Below, piece by piece: positions 42,909-55,692 of a stretch of DNA of 64,000 nt; positions within the stretch are counted from its first letter, which is position 1; each line of letters starts with the position of its first letter. The position numbers and the translations under genes are program-made. The notes under the pieces are model-generated. The model searched no databases, had not been told where the DNA came from, and was given only the letters and a program-made list of their open reading frames with translations. The DNA is from Batkoa obscura. Its lineage: Eukaryota. The DNA is taken from assembly GCA_030770535.1 (NCBI GenBank), contig JASVEC010000001.1, positions 248,001 to 312,000 of the forward strand. The letters are read 5' to 3'.

Positions 42909-44290
42909 ATGTACTTATTTTTGCTTTTCGTTAGTGTTCTATTTCTTAAAATTAACGCTATAGTATCAAGATTAAATAATGGGATCTGTATCATAGTAGA
43001 GAATCATTTATATTATTTAGGTGGATGTACCCGAATGCCAAATAGAAATGTATATGAAGAAAACAATAAACAATTGTTTAAATTAAATTTAAAAAAAGGA
43101 GTAAAGTTAATCGGTAATACCGCGGAATGGGAGGAATACAATATGACAAATTCACCAGGCCTTAGTTATCCAAGATCCAACCTATTTCATATCGAAAATA
43201 AGACGCTAATTTATTTTGATCAAAGTAAACCAAAAATAGCATTAACCTATAATTATTTCAATATTGAAAAGAAGGGGTGGTATGATAAATGTTTTATCAA
43301 ATAATTTTATAAAATAATTTTATCACAACTGCAACATATCTGTTTCTAAGGAAAATTATCCTTTTTATGCTTACCTTTTTAATGTTTTACAGGATGAGAA
43401 CAATTTAAATAATTTTATATTGCCATTGAATTTTATCTGCTAACTTTGCCAACAAAGTTAATATCATTTGATATCAAAACTAAAGAAACGAAGACAATTT
43501 ATGAATCAAATAAAGGCTATTCAATACGTCAACAGTTTACTAATAATAACAAACTATACTTTTTTGAAGCATCAAAAAAATATGCCAAAACCAATTAATA
43601 TTAGTAAATTATATGAATTAGATTTAGCATCACATAAAATACAAAATTACAGAAATAATTTTATCAAAGATCTAGGTTCATTAATAGTAAAATCCAACAA
43701 CCCAACTTACTTTATTTTAAATGCTCGTAGCAATGCTCCAGCTGAAATTTATGAGTTTGGATTCTAACCACTAGAGTTTAAATAAGTAAATAAGACAACT
43801 CTATTTAAAGGTAGTGAATGTCTCATTACTTGTAAAAATTATTCAATAAGTACTTTTGACAGCTATAATATTGAGGGAAGCAGAACTTTCAAAATGAAGT
43901 TCTGGTTTGTAATTTAACTATCTTGTAACAATTAGATGGTATATACCTTCAACAAATAAAAATAAAGATAGTCCTGAAGGCGCTACAAACAATAATAATA
44001 CTAGCTTAACAATCAGGATCATTATAGGAGGAATATGGGGAGTTATTATAGTAACAGTAGTTATTATATCAGTTAGATATAAATTTAAAGAAAAAGAAAA
44101 AGAACTCCAAGTTTTATTATTGACCTGGTTTATATAGAACCAATTAATCTATTGGATACCAATAATAATTATTATTATTATACTGAGATATTTAGTCATT
44201 CACAAGAGATTGATAATGCTATTACCGTGCTACCGATAGAAACATACGATAAGGCTTTATGAGTTGTAGAAATAAAGAAAAAGTAAATTT
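42909..44290 (+). pseudogene. Same family, copy 5 (disrupted)
   Basis: N-terminus intact to TAA at 43302-43304, then several frameshifts and stops; tail TEIFSHSQEIDNAITVLP retained. Confidence 0.88.
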
Positions 44291-44482
44291 ATCATACAAA
44301 TCATAATAATTAATTGCCAAATGGCAATACATTAAATTATTAATTTATTTTTAAATTAGTCTAAAGTATATAATAAAGTGTGTTGCAATAATATCCCAAA
44401 TACCCAATTGCTAAAATACTCTGCGGATTCTGATTGGATTTTACATTCAAAACAAAATACAACTGTTAGGAGTTTTTTAAGC

Positions 44483-45919
44483 ATGGTTTTGTCTTTGTTT
44501 TTTATTAATCTTTTATTTTATAGAACTAATGCAATAGTACCAAGAGTAGATGGTGGTAAATGTGTTATAGTAGAGGATGAATTGTATTATTTAGGCGGGA
44601 TGACTTATATGCCGAATATAGATGTACTAGAATATAACAAACAGCTGTTTAAGTTGAATTTAAAAGAAGGAGTAAAACTAGTTGTTAACACCGCAGAATG
44701 GGAGGCATATGATATGACAAATTCACCTGATTTTCGGTATCCATTAACTAAAATATTTTATATTGGGGATAAGGTATTAGTTCATTTTGATGGACATAGA
44801 TCAGAACCGACATTAACCTACAATCGCTTTAATATTGAAAACAAAGATTGGTTTGATGAATATTATATTAATGAATTTTACCAGGAATACAATATATCTA
44901 TTTCTAAAAACAAACCCATTAGTTATGATCCCCATTTTAATATATTACAAGATGAACACAATTTAAATAAATTTTATATTACTAATGTATTTTATTTGCC
45001 AACTCTACCAACAAAGTTAGTATCATTTGATATCAAAACCAAAGAAATGAAGACAATTTATGAATCAAATAGAGGCTATTCAATACATCAACAGTTTGTT
45101 AATAACAATAAATTATACTTTTTTGAACAATCAAGAGAACCTACAAATATATTTAGTGATATCAAGGTATTACATGAATTAGATTTACCATCACGTAAAG
45201 TGCAAAAACATAAGATGGACTTTTTAAAACATTTGAGATTATCGGTAATAAAATCCAATGATTCTGCTTATTTTATTTTGAATCCTGGTAGTAATGCCAT
45301 AGCTGAAATTTATGAGTTTGGTTTTCAATCATCGGAGTTTAAACAAGTAAATAAAACAGTTCTATTTAATGGTCAAGAGTGTTTTACTACTTATAAAAAT
45401 TATTTAATAAGCTCCCTTGGCTATTATAGAATCAGTACGTATGATGATAAAAATATTACAAATATGCATCCTCATAATTATTCTTTAGAAAGTTCAAATA
45501 GAGTTCAAATTTACAATTTAACTAGTTGGGAACAAGTACAGGGCATACCTTTATCAAAGAAAAGTAAAGTCAGTGAGACAAAAGAAAACAGTAAGAAGGA
45601 TTATATGGGTGCCATAAATGATAATAATAATAATACCAGCATGCTAATTAGAGAGATTTTAAGTGGAATAGGCTTAGTTACGTTAATAACAATAGTTATA
45701 ATATTTATAATATACAAATATAAATCAAGAAAAAAGAGACTTCCAAGTTTTATTACTGACCCTATTTTTATTGAACCGATCGATCCATTAGATGTTAAAA
45801 ATGATTATTATAACACAGAAATTTTTAGCCATTCACAAGAAATTGATGAAGCTATTACGATGTTACCTATAAAAACATATATTAAAGCTTTAAAAGCAAC
45901 AGATCGAAATAAAGAGTAA
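44483..45919 (+). CDS. Kelch-like/beta-propeller single-pass membrane protein, copy 6 (intact)
   Basis: ATG at 44483 gives a signal peptide; CVIVEDELYYLGG; TM segment ILSGIGLVTLITIVIIFII; KSRKKR; conserved tail. Confidence 0.85.
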   Translation: MVLSLFFINLLFYRTNAIVPRVDGGKCVIVEDELYYLGGMTYMPNIDVLEYNKQLFKLNLKEGVKLVVNTAEWEAYDMTNSPDFRYPLTKIFYIGDKVLVHFDGHRSEPTLTYNRFNIENKDWFDEYYINEFYQEYNISISKNKPISYDPHFNILQDEHNLNKFYITNVFYLPTLPTKLVSFDIKTKEMKTIYESNRGYSIHQQFVNNNKLYFFEQSREPTNIFSDIKVLHELDLPSRKVQKHKMDFLKHLRLSVIKSNDSAYFILNPGSNAIAEIYEFGFQSSEFKQVNKTVLFNGQECFTTYKNYLISSLGYYRISTYDDKNITNMHPHNYSLESSNRVQIYNLTSWEQVQGIPLSKKSKVSETKENSKKDYMGAINDNNNNTSMLIREILSGIGLVTLITIVIIFIIYKYKSRKKRLPSFITDPIFIEPIDPLDVKNDYYNTEIFSHSQEIDEAITMLPIKTYIKALKATDRNKE

Positions 45920-46132
45920 GCAAGCTAATTTAAATAATACTGTGTAATTTTTACTATTTTTTTTAAAATAACTCATTCTGTCTGTTTTAAACTAATTTTT
46001 TAATCTTTCAAATGAGCTTTCAATTAATATTAAATGTGAAAATTAAACTTTTGTAATATTTAATAATTAAATACAAAAAATATTCATTAAATTTAATGTA
46101 TAAAATAAATCTCTTTTAAAAATAATACAATA

Positions 46133-47513
46133 TTATTTTTCTTTATTTATATGAATCGGATCAATAATAAAGTTTGGGAACCTTTCTTTTTTAATTTTAA
46201 ATTTATACGTTATAAGTATTACACTATCTGTTATTGAAATTACTCGATCTATTCCACCTACAGTACCCCTACTAGTGAATTAGTGCTATTACTATTTATC
46301 ATTTCCATGGGACTATCTACTACTTTTATATTTTTATCCTTATGATTATTCAATAAGGATATATCATCCAATTGTTCCCAAGTATTTATATCAAATAGTC
46401 AAGTTTTATTTAAGCTTTGATTTATACCTATTTCAATAGTACTGTTGCTTGCCATATTAGTAAAGTTATACACATTAATTCTATTGTAGTCAAATGAATT
46501 TATCAAATAATTTTTATAAATAGCAATACATCCACGACTACCTAATACTGCTGACTTGTTTGTTCAAAATCAAAAGATTGAAATGAAAACTTATAAACTT
46601 CAGCTTCAACATCATCACCATCTAAAGTAAAATAAGCAAAATGATTCTATTTTAGGATTGATATATAAGAACATCCCATAAAACTAGTGTCATATCTTTT
46701 CATTTTATATTATGTTGAATCTAATTCATATGATAACTCATCATTGAATCCTAATCTTAAGTCACTTGACTTAAAAAAATACAATTTATTATTGTGAACA
46801 AATTATTGTTTTATATAATAACCTTTTTTTGATTAACAAATTGTTTTCGCTTTGTTGGTTTGAATGTCAAATGATATGAATTTTGTTGATAAAGGTTGCG
46901 GCAGCCGTATCTCATTAGCAATATAAAATTTACTTAAACTCTTATCATCTTATAAAATACCAAAGTATTGAGTGCATTTTGTGTCTTTTATTTTCGAATT
47001 GAACATATGGGGATGTATTTTTTTGTTTAATAATTTTACTAACACTTTCCGCTCAAATAGCGCTTAAAAAATGGAAAAAGTGATGAAACTAAAAAAAACA
47101 TCTCCATATCATGTTCCTGATTAAACCCTTAATAAAAGATCCGCCATACCATTCCTTCTTTTCAACACTAAAATAATTAAAACTTAGCATCTCATCTAAA
47201 ATATTGTTATGAAAATGTATCATTGTATTATTTGCTATATAGAACATACTGGCATACAGCTCGAGAAACCTTGGTGAATTAATCGTTTTGTATGCATCCC
47301 ATTCCGTAGTATTATCAACTAACTCTACCCCTTTTTTAAAATATAATTCAAACAACTGTTATTTTCTTCATCTACAACTATATTTGGTATTCAATATAAC
47401 CACCTAAATAATACAATTCGGCTTCCACTACTAATACACCCACCAGCAAATAGTCTTGGGGCTATTGCATTAATTTTACAGAGTAATAAATTAATAAAAA
47501 ATAAAGTTAACAT
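46133..47513 (-). pseudogene. Same family, copy 7 (disrupted, MITE insertion, tail deletion)
   Basis: MLTLFFINLLLCKINAIAPR, frameshift before EAELYYLG, GVELVDNTTEW, ends FPNFIIDPIHINKEK*. Confidence 0.85.
47009..47105 (+). mobile_element. MITE family A, copy 6
   Basis: GGGGATGT...ACATCTCC, flanked by ATAT/ATAT, inside pseudogene copy 7. Confidence 0.93.
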
Positions 47514-47515
47514 TT

Positions 47516-47612
47516 GGGGATGTATTTTTTTGTTTAAGAATTTTACTAACAATTTTTCCACTTAAATAGCGCTTAAAAAATGGAAAAAGTGATGAAACTA
47601 AAAAACATCATC
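47516..47612 (+). mobile_element. MITE family A, copy 7
   Basis: GGGGATGT...ACATCATC, flanked by ATTT/ATTT (47512-47515, 47613-47616). Confidence 0.92.
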
Positions 47613-49677
47613 ATTTAATAAAAATAAAAAGGATTCAAGGTTGCCTTTTTATGTAAAATTTGAGTATTTTTATATAGCCATGTGACCTTAAGTACCATCT
47701 TTACCAAGGGAAATAGTTACTAGTTGGAGCTTATAGAGCAATATAGTTAAAGGAATTAAACTAGAAAGAATGGATTACACTTGAATTTATTTGTCTTACA
47801 AAACGGGAATATTAAATTATTTTCCTTCTACATGCTTTAGAATTTGAAGTATAAACAAAAGCAAGTTTATCGCATTTATTTTTTAAACTATTTAAAATAA
47901 TCTGCTTTTAAAAGTTTATAGGAGATACTAAGTGGCAAATGAAAATATAAACTTTATACCAGTATTAAATATTATGGCAATATCCAATGGTTGATACAAC
48001 AATTACAAGCCAAACACATGCAAGAGTTAAACTTGTAGCTCTATTGTAGGTTAAAGACCTTTATCCTTGTTTTCTTATAATTGAACTTTTAGTTTTATTG
48101 GGCATCTGATACTCTTTTTTTCTAAAATCCTTGGAAGAGTTGAAACCCCCAAGTCATTTATTAGCAAAGAATGAACACAAAAATTAGAAGGCAAGAAGCG
48201 GAGAACTGGGCTTCCTAGCCAGAGCTTCCTTTCCGCTGATATTTCCAGAAAGCCTGATAAAGGAATAAAAGAATTATTTGCACCAAGCAATTTCGCTATC
48301 CAATACCCTTTCAGAGAAAAAAGAAATTTAATTGTTTTAAAACTGGGCATATTGTTCCTTCTGGATCTTATAAAAGATCAGCTTCAACAGATTTTCTCTA
48401 AACGTGTAAGCTTGTTTCTTTTAAACTAAATCCACTGCCTTTTCCTCTGGAAATGGTCTATTAAAAAATATTAATCCCACCACAAAGCTATTTTACATTG
48501 TATATTGTCTCTTAAAACAGCTTAAAGTGTATCAATCATTACCTGAATTAAGTAAAAAAGCATCCACATCAACTTTGAGATAGTTTATTATCCTAAAAGA
48601 ATCGTATATTGCATTTATATTTACTATAAATATTTTTAGATATTATGGCATTTGAATTTAATAGTTAATGTTGGATCTGGGAGAATTACTTGAAAGAGGT
48701 AAGGGCAAATTATAAAATATTATAGAAAAACCCATTGGTTATACTGCAACACATCCTCGGCTGAACTCAATCAGCTGCCCCTGGCGTCTCTATCCTCTTT
48801 GCCTTTACGTCAAACCTTTGTTATATCTATTGACATATATTTTATGTATTCCATATTCATAATGCTATCAGTTAATATAAAATTGCACCGCCCAACGCCT
48901 CCTCCACACTCCTCCATCTTCGGATTCCTTTATACAAAATGTAACTCCAAGGTATTAAATATGATCTACTTAAACTAAACCTGGTAAACCTGAATCAAAA
49001 ATTTACAGTAATTGCTTGATTTCCCCTTTTCCTTAACTTTACCATCCTTACCTTGATCCGGTTATCAATCAGACTAATGTTTATTTTTTTTTGCCTCCAT
49101 TAATAAAACACTTGTAATTTTGTTCCTTCAAGTTTTTAAAAAAAACTACTAACTTACTTCTACATTACAATAATATTATATGGTTTTCAAGTTTATACAT
49201 GTTAGTTAATAAGATTAGTGATACTTCTTTCTTTATCAGTTTTTATATATTTATAGATTTAAAATTAGTAGCTTTTATTTGATAGTAAAATTAAAAATAT
49301 ATTATGTTTAAAATATTTTAAAAAATCAAAACTAGTGTGTAATTTTATTATTAATATTTGATTTTTATCATTTATAAATTATTATTTTAGTATTCAAAGG
49401 AACGTTACGATATTTTCAAAGTATTAATTTTATTGATTTTTTAAAGTCTAAAAAAAATATATAAGCATAAATTATACATAAACTTATACTATATTTAACC
49501 CTTAAAGGAATTTAGATATAATATTAAAAGAGTTAAAATGTAAATAAGTAAATAAGTAAACGCGTTATAATTATTCAGTAGTATATTGAATGCTTTCAAA
49601 CTACTATACAGTGTTTATTTGTCGCTTTAAGTAAATAAACCCTTTTAAGCTTACAATGTTTGAGTTTAACTGTATAT

Positions 49678-49774
49678 GGAGATGTTTTTTCTGGTTTCGT
49701 TATTTTTTCCATTTTTTAAGCGTTTTGAGTGGAAAGATTGTTAGTAAAATTATTAAACAAAAAAATACATTCTC
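49678..49774 (-). mobile_element. MITE family A, copy 8
   Basis: GGAGATGT...ACATTCTC, flanked by ATAT/ATAT. Confidence 0.9.
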
Positions 49775-51110
49775 ATATAAAAACAAATATCAAATTGACT
49801 TAGATTTACATGGCATACTCATCAGATATCATTAACTATAAATCATTATTATAAAATTATAAAATTATAAAATTATAAAAACAGGAAGTATCTAGCAACC
49901 AAATAAATTAGTAACATGCAGTGTACATTTACATTTTTAGAAATCTGCGTTTATTTTAAATTTACAAATTAATAACACTACTTTTAACCTAAATTTAAAA
50001 TATTAGGTAATCTAGAATTTAATATGAAAAAACACAAATCATGCTAATTGTAAGCCATTTTTATAGACTATTTATAGCAAAACGAATATTAACAAAACCT
50101 TTATTTGTATAAAGTATCCAAGGAGTTAAAATATGGATCTTATTATAGAAAAAAATGGCAGATTTATTTCAGCTAGCCGCCTTTATTAAAGTCAAATTAA
50201 TATAACGACAAGAATAATTTTTATTAATATCCACTTTATTAATATTTTTTATTTTTTGTTATTTTTTCAAATTTGTAAATTTACGATTTTATTCTGAGTT
50301 ATAATTTATTATTGCTGTACTTAGATCCTCCATATTTAAAATTTAGTACCGTTTCAATACAAACTAGAGTTTGTTTTTGAACATCATAAAGCAATACAAA
50401 TATGTCTTTGTATTCAACATACACTACTTCAAGGGCTCATATCAAGAATTAAACAAAGTTATCAACCTTGTAATTTTAATTAATAAGCCTAATAAAATTG
50501 CTAACCCATCGGCTAATTTAATGTTGAATCTTACAAATAGCTAGTAAAAAACCTAATACAGAGAGTTAATTAAACGCGGCAGAATTAGCTGGCTAAATTA
50601 CCAAAGTAAAAGCTGTATTGGTTAAGTGAAAGTTAAAAATTTACCGCTCCAATATGAACCCACTTTCTGTTGAGCTTGATTAACATATCAAACGATTTTT
50701 AATACCCATTAATATTGTACCCCTCATTTTTAAGCTTTCCCATTAAATAACCAAGCACTAAATAAATATAAGGTCCAGGATCTTAATAAAAGTTTAATGT
50801 TAAAGCTTAAAGTCAAATACGATAGATTTTATGGAGGTTTTATAGAAGTATATCAACATAAAATAGCCTCTTAAAGGCACTTTACGATAGATTGTTTAAT
50901 CCATCTATCATATGTGGCAAAATGATTTGGCCATCACCATTATTCGTACAAAAATTATACTAATTGCTAGTAAATTTAAAAACAATACTATTAAATAAAT
51001 TAATTTGAACACAGTTTAAATAAAACAAACTTTTTAAAATAAAATTTATTAAATGGAATTACATGAAAGTGGAGCGAAAAAGGGTTAAATAAATTTAAAG
51101 AGAAATAAAA

Positions 51111-51500
51111 TTAAAACTGAAAGATTTTGCAGCTGTTCATAGTTGACGCCCAATAATGAGATAATACTTTTTTAGAATTTGGGTTATCATTTTGAATGTT
51201 CATTCTACTAGTCTCCGGTGATGATCTTTCAGAGCTAATTGAACTTACATCAGAGCTTTCATATAAATCTTTGTTTTTAACATTTAAATGTGCCAAGTTA
51301 GCTGTAGTTGATTGTGCTTCTCTAACATCTTTAGCTCTGCGATTTTGAAACCAAATTTGGACTTTTCGTTGCTCTATTCCCATCCTTAAAGCCAACTCTT
51401 TACGTACCCTTAAGCACGGCCTTGGGCTTTCTTTATATAAAGTTTCTAAAATATTGATATGACTTTTTGCTAATCTAAAACGAGATTCCTGTGCTTGCAT
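51111..51500 (-). CDS. Small homeodomain transcription factor
   Basis: 129 aa; RFRL...ILETLY...P...RKELA..M....VQIWFQNRRAK (Q50-type helix 3), Ser-rich tail. Confidence 0.92.
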   Translation of the reverse strand: MQAQESRFRLAKSHINILETLYKESPRPCLRVRKELALRMGIEQRKVQIWFQNRRAKDVREAQSTTANLAHLNVKNKDLYESSDVSSISSERSSPETSRMNIQNDNPNSKKVLSHYWASTMNSCKIFQF

Positions 51501-54500
51501 TTTTATATTTTTTGATTTAATTTAATATAATTTATTAATCTTTTTGAATAGTTGCTATTGTGTATTTTTCATTTGTATTTATACTTTTCTTTCACAACTA
51601 GTCACTATTAACACCATTATGAAATTGTGAAAAGAATAATTTTTTAAATAATTTAGATATTAGTTATGATTTAAGCATGCTTTATTTCTTAATCTAACTG
51701 GGATCAATAATGGAAATAGGGAGTAATTACTTCTAATATTAACTTTTAGGCTAATTTGATAATTTTGGTACGGATTCCAATTTGAGCTATGCTTAATTTA
51801 TCACTTTGACGTTTTAGCTCACATATTCAAAAAAATAATGCGTCATTAGTGAAAGTTTTCCTTAATTGGTTGCTACTAATTCTATTTTTGTACGATGAGT
51901 TTATTTCGTCTAAATTCTCCTAATGGAAATTTGCTTTAAAAAAATCAATACTAATATATATATATTAATTATTATCCTAATAATTTTGTTCTATAGGGGT
52001 ACGGGGGATTCGTACATACTTACATTTTCATTTAATTTAGAGCCTAAATACTTCCATGAAAATTAACTCTATATCCTCTGCTATAAAACGTTGATCTTTT
52101 TTTACACCTTGGAGTCTTATAAATAATAGGCACTACAATTGTTTTTATATTAAAGCTCAACTAAGTGCGCTGGATTCAAGTTAAAAAAGTCACCGTAGTA
52201 GCATCTCTATTTATTAATTTAGAAATATTAGTACTTAGCCAACCTAAAATTTAATTAACATTAATTAGGTTATGATACAACTCACAATCATTATTTAATA
52301 GTTTTATTAAACGTAAACTACCAAATATGTGTTCTAAATTCATTTCATTTTATGTCACTATTAGCCTAAAGATGCTCTGATACAAAAATAAATTTTAACT
52401 TTACATAATCAATTATTATTTGTAGCAACTGACACCCCGAACAGACAAAATAGTACATTTTCTATAACATTTTTTAATTAAAAATAATAGTTTATTCTTT
52501 TTTTTGTTAATAAATAATTAGCCTAATCAAATTCCCTAAGACTCCTCTTTAATCATATGATATTATAGATTTTTAATTTTCCTTAACATTTGTCAAAACA
52601 GTGAGGAATTTGATAGACCCAATATAATTTAAATAATACTATCATCATATCCATGTTATAAGTATTCATTTTACTTTATGTTTATTTATTTAATCTAAAA
52701 TACTAAGTCACATAAATGAGGAATTTTATAAATAAGAAGATTCTATAAATTGCTATATAGCTTCTGCATAAAGTAGTAAAGTAAATAAACGCGGCTATTA
52801 TTTTAAAAATAAGTTTGTGTTGAATATTTGAAAAAAGCTATATGGCCTTTGAATTTTTGGCTAATGGTTTATCCCAATCAGATACATTTTAAAACGTTTA
52901 TCTTTATTGTACAAATTGGAGTAAGATTATTTGGTAAACAATTTTAGCTTAATAATAGGTATTTAAAAATATATAGTAAAAGCCTACTTGATATCTTACT
53001 GACAAATAGCCGCAATTTACTAATAAACAACAGTTTGTTTTGTTAGTAACATGGGCTATAAAACAATAGGGTTTTAAGCTGAAGTGGTTGTCTCAGGACC
53101 CCACAGCCTAAAATCTATTTATAAATATTCTTTTTAGTAATACTTGAATAAATCCCCAGATTGCCTTTTGTGGTAGGAGAAATCCTTTACTCGCTTAATC
53201 AATAATATTCTTAAATAATTTAACCAGAAAAATACCCTTTAAATAATCATTTGTATAGTGTACAATTTAGTTTGAAGTAAAAAGTATTAAAAAATAGTGT
53301 GTAACTTCAATTTACAAAAGGTGTAAAGTGTTTAATAAATTTATCTGTTATAGTTGCTTACTTTTTTAAATAACTGCTGTTATGAAAGAAATATAAAATC
53401 GTTACTTACACCTTTATGTACCCAGTCTAATGTTTTTATTGAAACAAGCGTGCTATAGCTATTCAAAATATTTTGTCTAGTTAAAACACCATTAGTCACC
53501 ATTTTGAGCAAATAAAAATTGAATATATATTTTTATCATTCTGCATGTTAAGATAATAAGCGTTATTAAATATAATGGGGCATTAAAAGCTGGTATTAAA
53601 ATAAAAAAATTAAAATTTGTAAGTTTAATTTTCTGTCAATAAATTTAAATTCCTGACATCGAGATTTTATATCGAATATTTATATTAAACTTAGAATAAT
53701 CCGGTAAACTAAGTCAATATAATACATATTTAAATTAAATATTTTCATTTGCTTTTAAACGATGTGAATAAGCGTATGTAAGCATAAGCCTTTAATGTAC
53801 CAGAGCACAATGATGTTTAATAATATCATAAACAAAAGACAAGATAATAAAATTGTTGAAAGTTGATCTCAATGATTATAAAATTTAAGATTATTGATAC
53901 TTTGTATATTCTAAGTTTGTATGTTAAAATCTATAAAACTAATAAACCCAAAATTAGATATTTACATCAAGTTAATATAGCCAAAAAGAATTTACTCTGA
54001 TTGCTTTTTAATAATATTAGGCTAAAATAAGTAGCCGAAGTGGTATTGTGACTAAAGGATTCCCTTTTAGAAAAAATATCTAAAAAACTATTGAATTAGG
54101 CTAATAAAAAGCAATCTTACATAATTAAATTGTTAAAAATAATATTACGTTAACTTTTTAAAGTGGGATGTTAACATCTACTGATACGTATTGATATTAT
54201 TTACTATATAGTATATATGCATTAAGAAGCATTTATGGTATACTTTTTATTAATGCTTAATTTCATTGTATAAATATTTACAACAGTATATTGATGAAAA
54301 ATTAGTACCTTAATATATGTTCCTAAGGAGAAATAACAAAGCTAAATACAACCTCAGATAAAATGATGAAACTAAATTCCTAATTCTGGATTTAATTTTT
54401 CAAAATGAACATTCTAATTAGCCTTTCTCTGTTTCTATTAAGACACAGTCCATAAACCAAACATTGTTTTTTTAATGAGGCATCATCGGCATTTATATTA

Positions 54501-54907
54501 GTTAATTCTATAAATTGGTTTTATTTGATTATTTGGCTTTTTACTCTATTTTCTACTCAAACAGCCATTGTTTTCTTATGTTGTTTATGTCTACATTCTT
54601 TTAGTTTGTTCTAAATAATATTTGACTAGTCGTATAATCGACAAAGTATATTTTAAGACAATATTTATTACAATCTATTAAAAATACAAGCCATAAATTA
54701 ATAAAAACTTTACTTCTGTCAAACCAATATAAATGGTATTTAAGGTCCTTTTGCGTTGACTTTATATCAAAGTTTGACATAACTGATAATAATTAAAAGA
54801 CTATCTGCTATTCTAAATTTCTTATTCATTCCATTAAAGCTTCGAATCTACAAAACTCAACTTAAACCCTAAAACTTTATGTACGTACAGGTCAAAAAAT
54901 AATATAT

Positions 54908-55692
54908 AGGATATTCGAATTGGTTAGAATTTAATTAAAAATTAATCCAAATTTAAAAACTTAAATTTGTAAGTCTTTAATATATGATTAGTTAGATTTA
55001 AAAAGTTTAAAATTAAATATAAAAATTTAACTTAAAAGACTTATTTTAATTGTTTTGTTTTTGAATAACTAATTTTTTTAATTATATGTTTTACATTATT
55101 TTTATTAAATGTTTAATAAATATATAATTATTTGACTTTATTTTTTATTAAAATAAAAACAAAATGCAAGCTTTTATAGCTAGACTTCAAAATAAAAATT
55201 TTAAAAATTTCAACATAATAAGGAGAACCACATTATATAAACATTGTAATTCATTTATATTAATTTTAACAACTATTCATAATAACCCAGAGTTTATGGA
55301 ATTTTATAATAAAATTAAAAAAAGAAAAGAAATGTTATTAAAGCTTACTATTAATAATAACAAACTTAACCAAGCAATGTATAAAATTAGTGCTTTAAAG
55401 GAAACAGAAAACAAAAACCAGCAAGTAGCATTATTATCAACTATAGCTTCAGTATATTCTTTTGATGAATGTAAAAGCTTTGGATTTAATATAAGTAGAA
55501 ATCAATATGACTATTCAAAAATAATGATAATAATAGTAAAATACCAACATTACAACCTATCATCAGAAATACAAAAAGAATTAAAAATGAGGAAATTAAA
55601 ATCATTATACAATATTTACTTGATAGCTCAACTATTTCATCAAGATTCAATAAAAAAATAATGATAATAAATATTCGTCAGATAATATATAT
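54908..55692 (+). mobile_element. Long DNA transposon copy A (5' portion only)
   Basis: Degenerate end AGGATATTCGAATTGGTT after ATAT; aligns with 62446 onward; carries ORF 55164-55661; stops where copy B begins. Confidence 0.85.

Noticed and set aside
18797..43790. RIP-like mutation suggested by CAA-to-TAA and TGG-to-TAG stops in the pseudogenes
   Set aside because: Stops arise from these codons by ordinary transitions, frameshifts are also common, and transposon copies B and D remain near-identical.
44378..44482. N-terminal extension from the GTG start in the ORF track (also TTG at 39157)
   Set aside because: Non-ATG starts; the 44378 extension overlaps the conserved upstream motif, and the downstream ATGs give proper signal peptides.
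48060..49080. GC-richer patch and ORF 48075-48350 as a LINE reverse transcriptase remnant
   Set aside because: Only faint hints (an RQG, a WIAKLL); no YADD-type motif or continuous frame. Needs a translated search.
49847..49880. (TTATAAAA)x4, and an 11-bp degenerate repeat near 6060-6105
   Set aside because: Ordinary low-complexity tandem repeats.
52776..53025. Possible third MITE with GTAAA..GCGGCTATT / AATAGCCGC..TTTAC ends
   Set aside because: Inverted match is short and gapped, with no clear duplication or convincing second copy.
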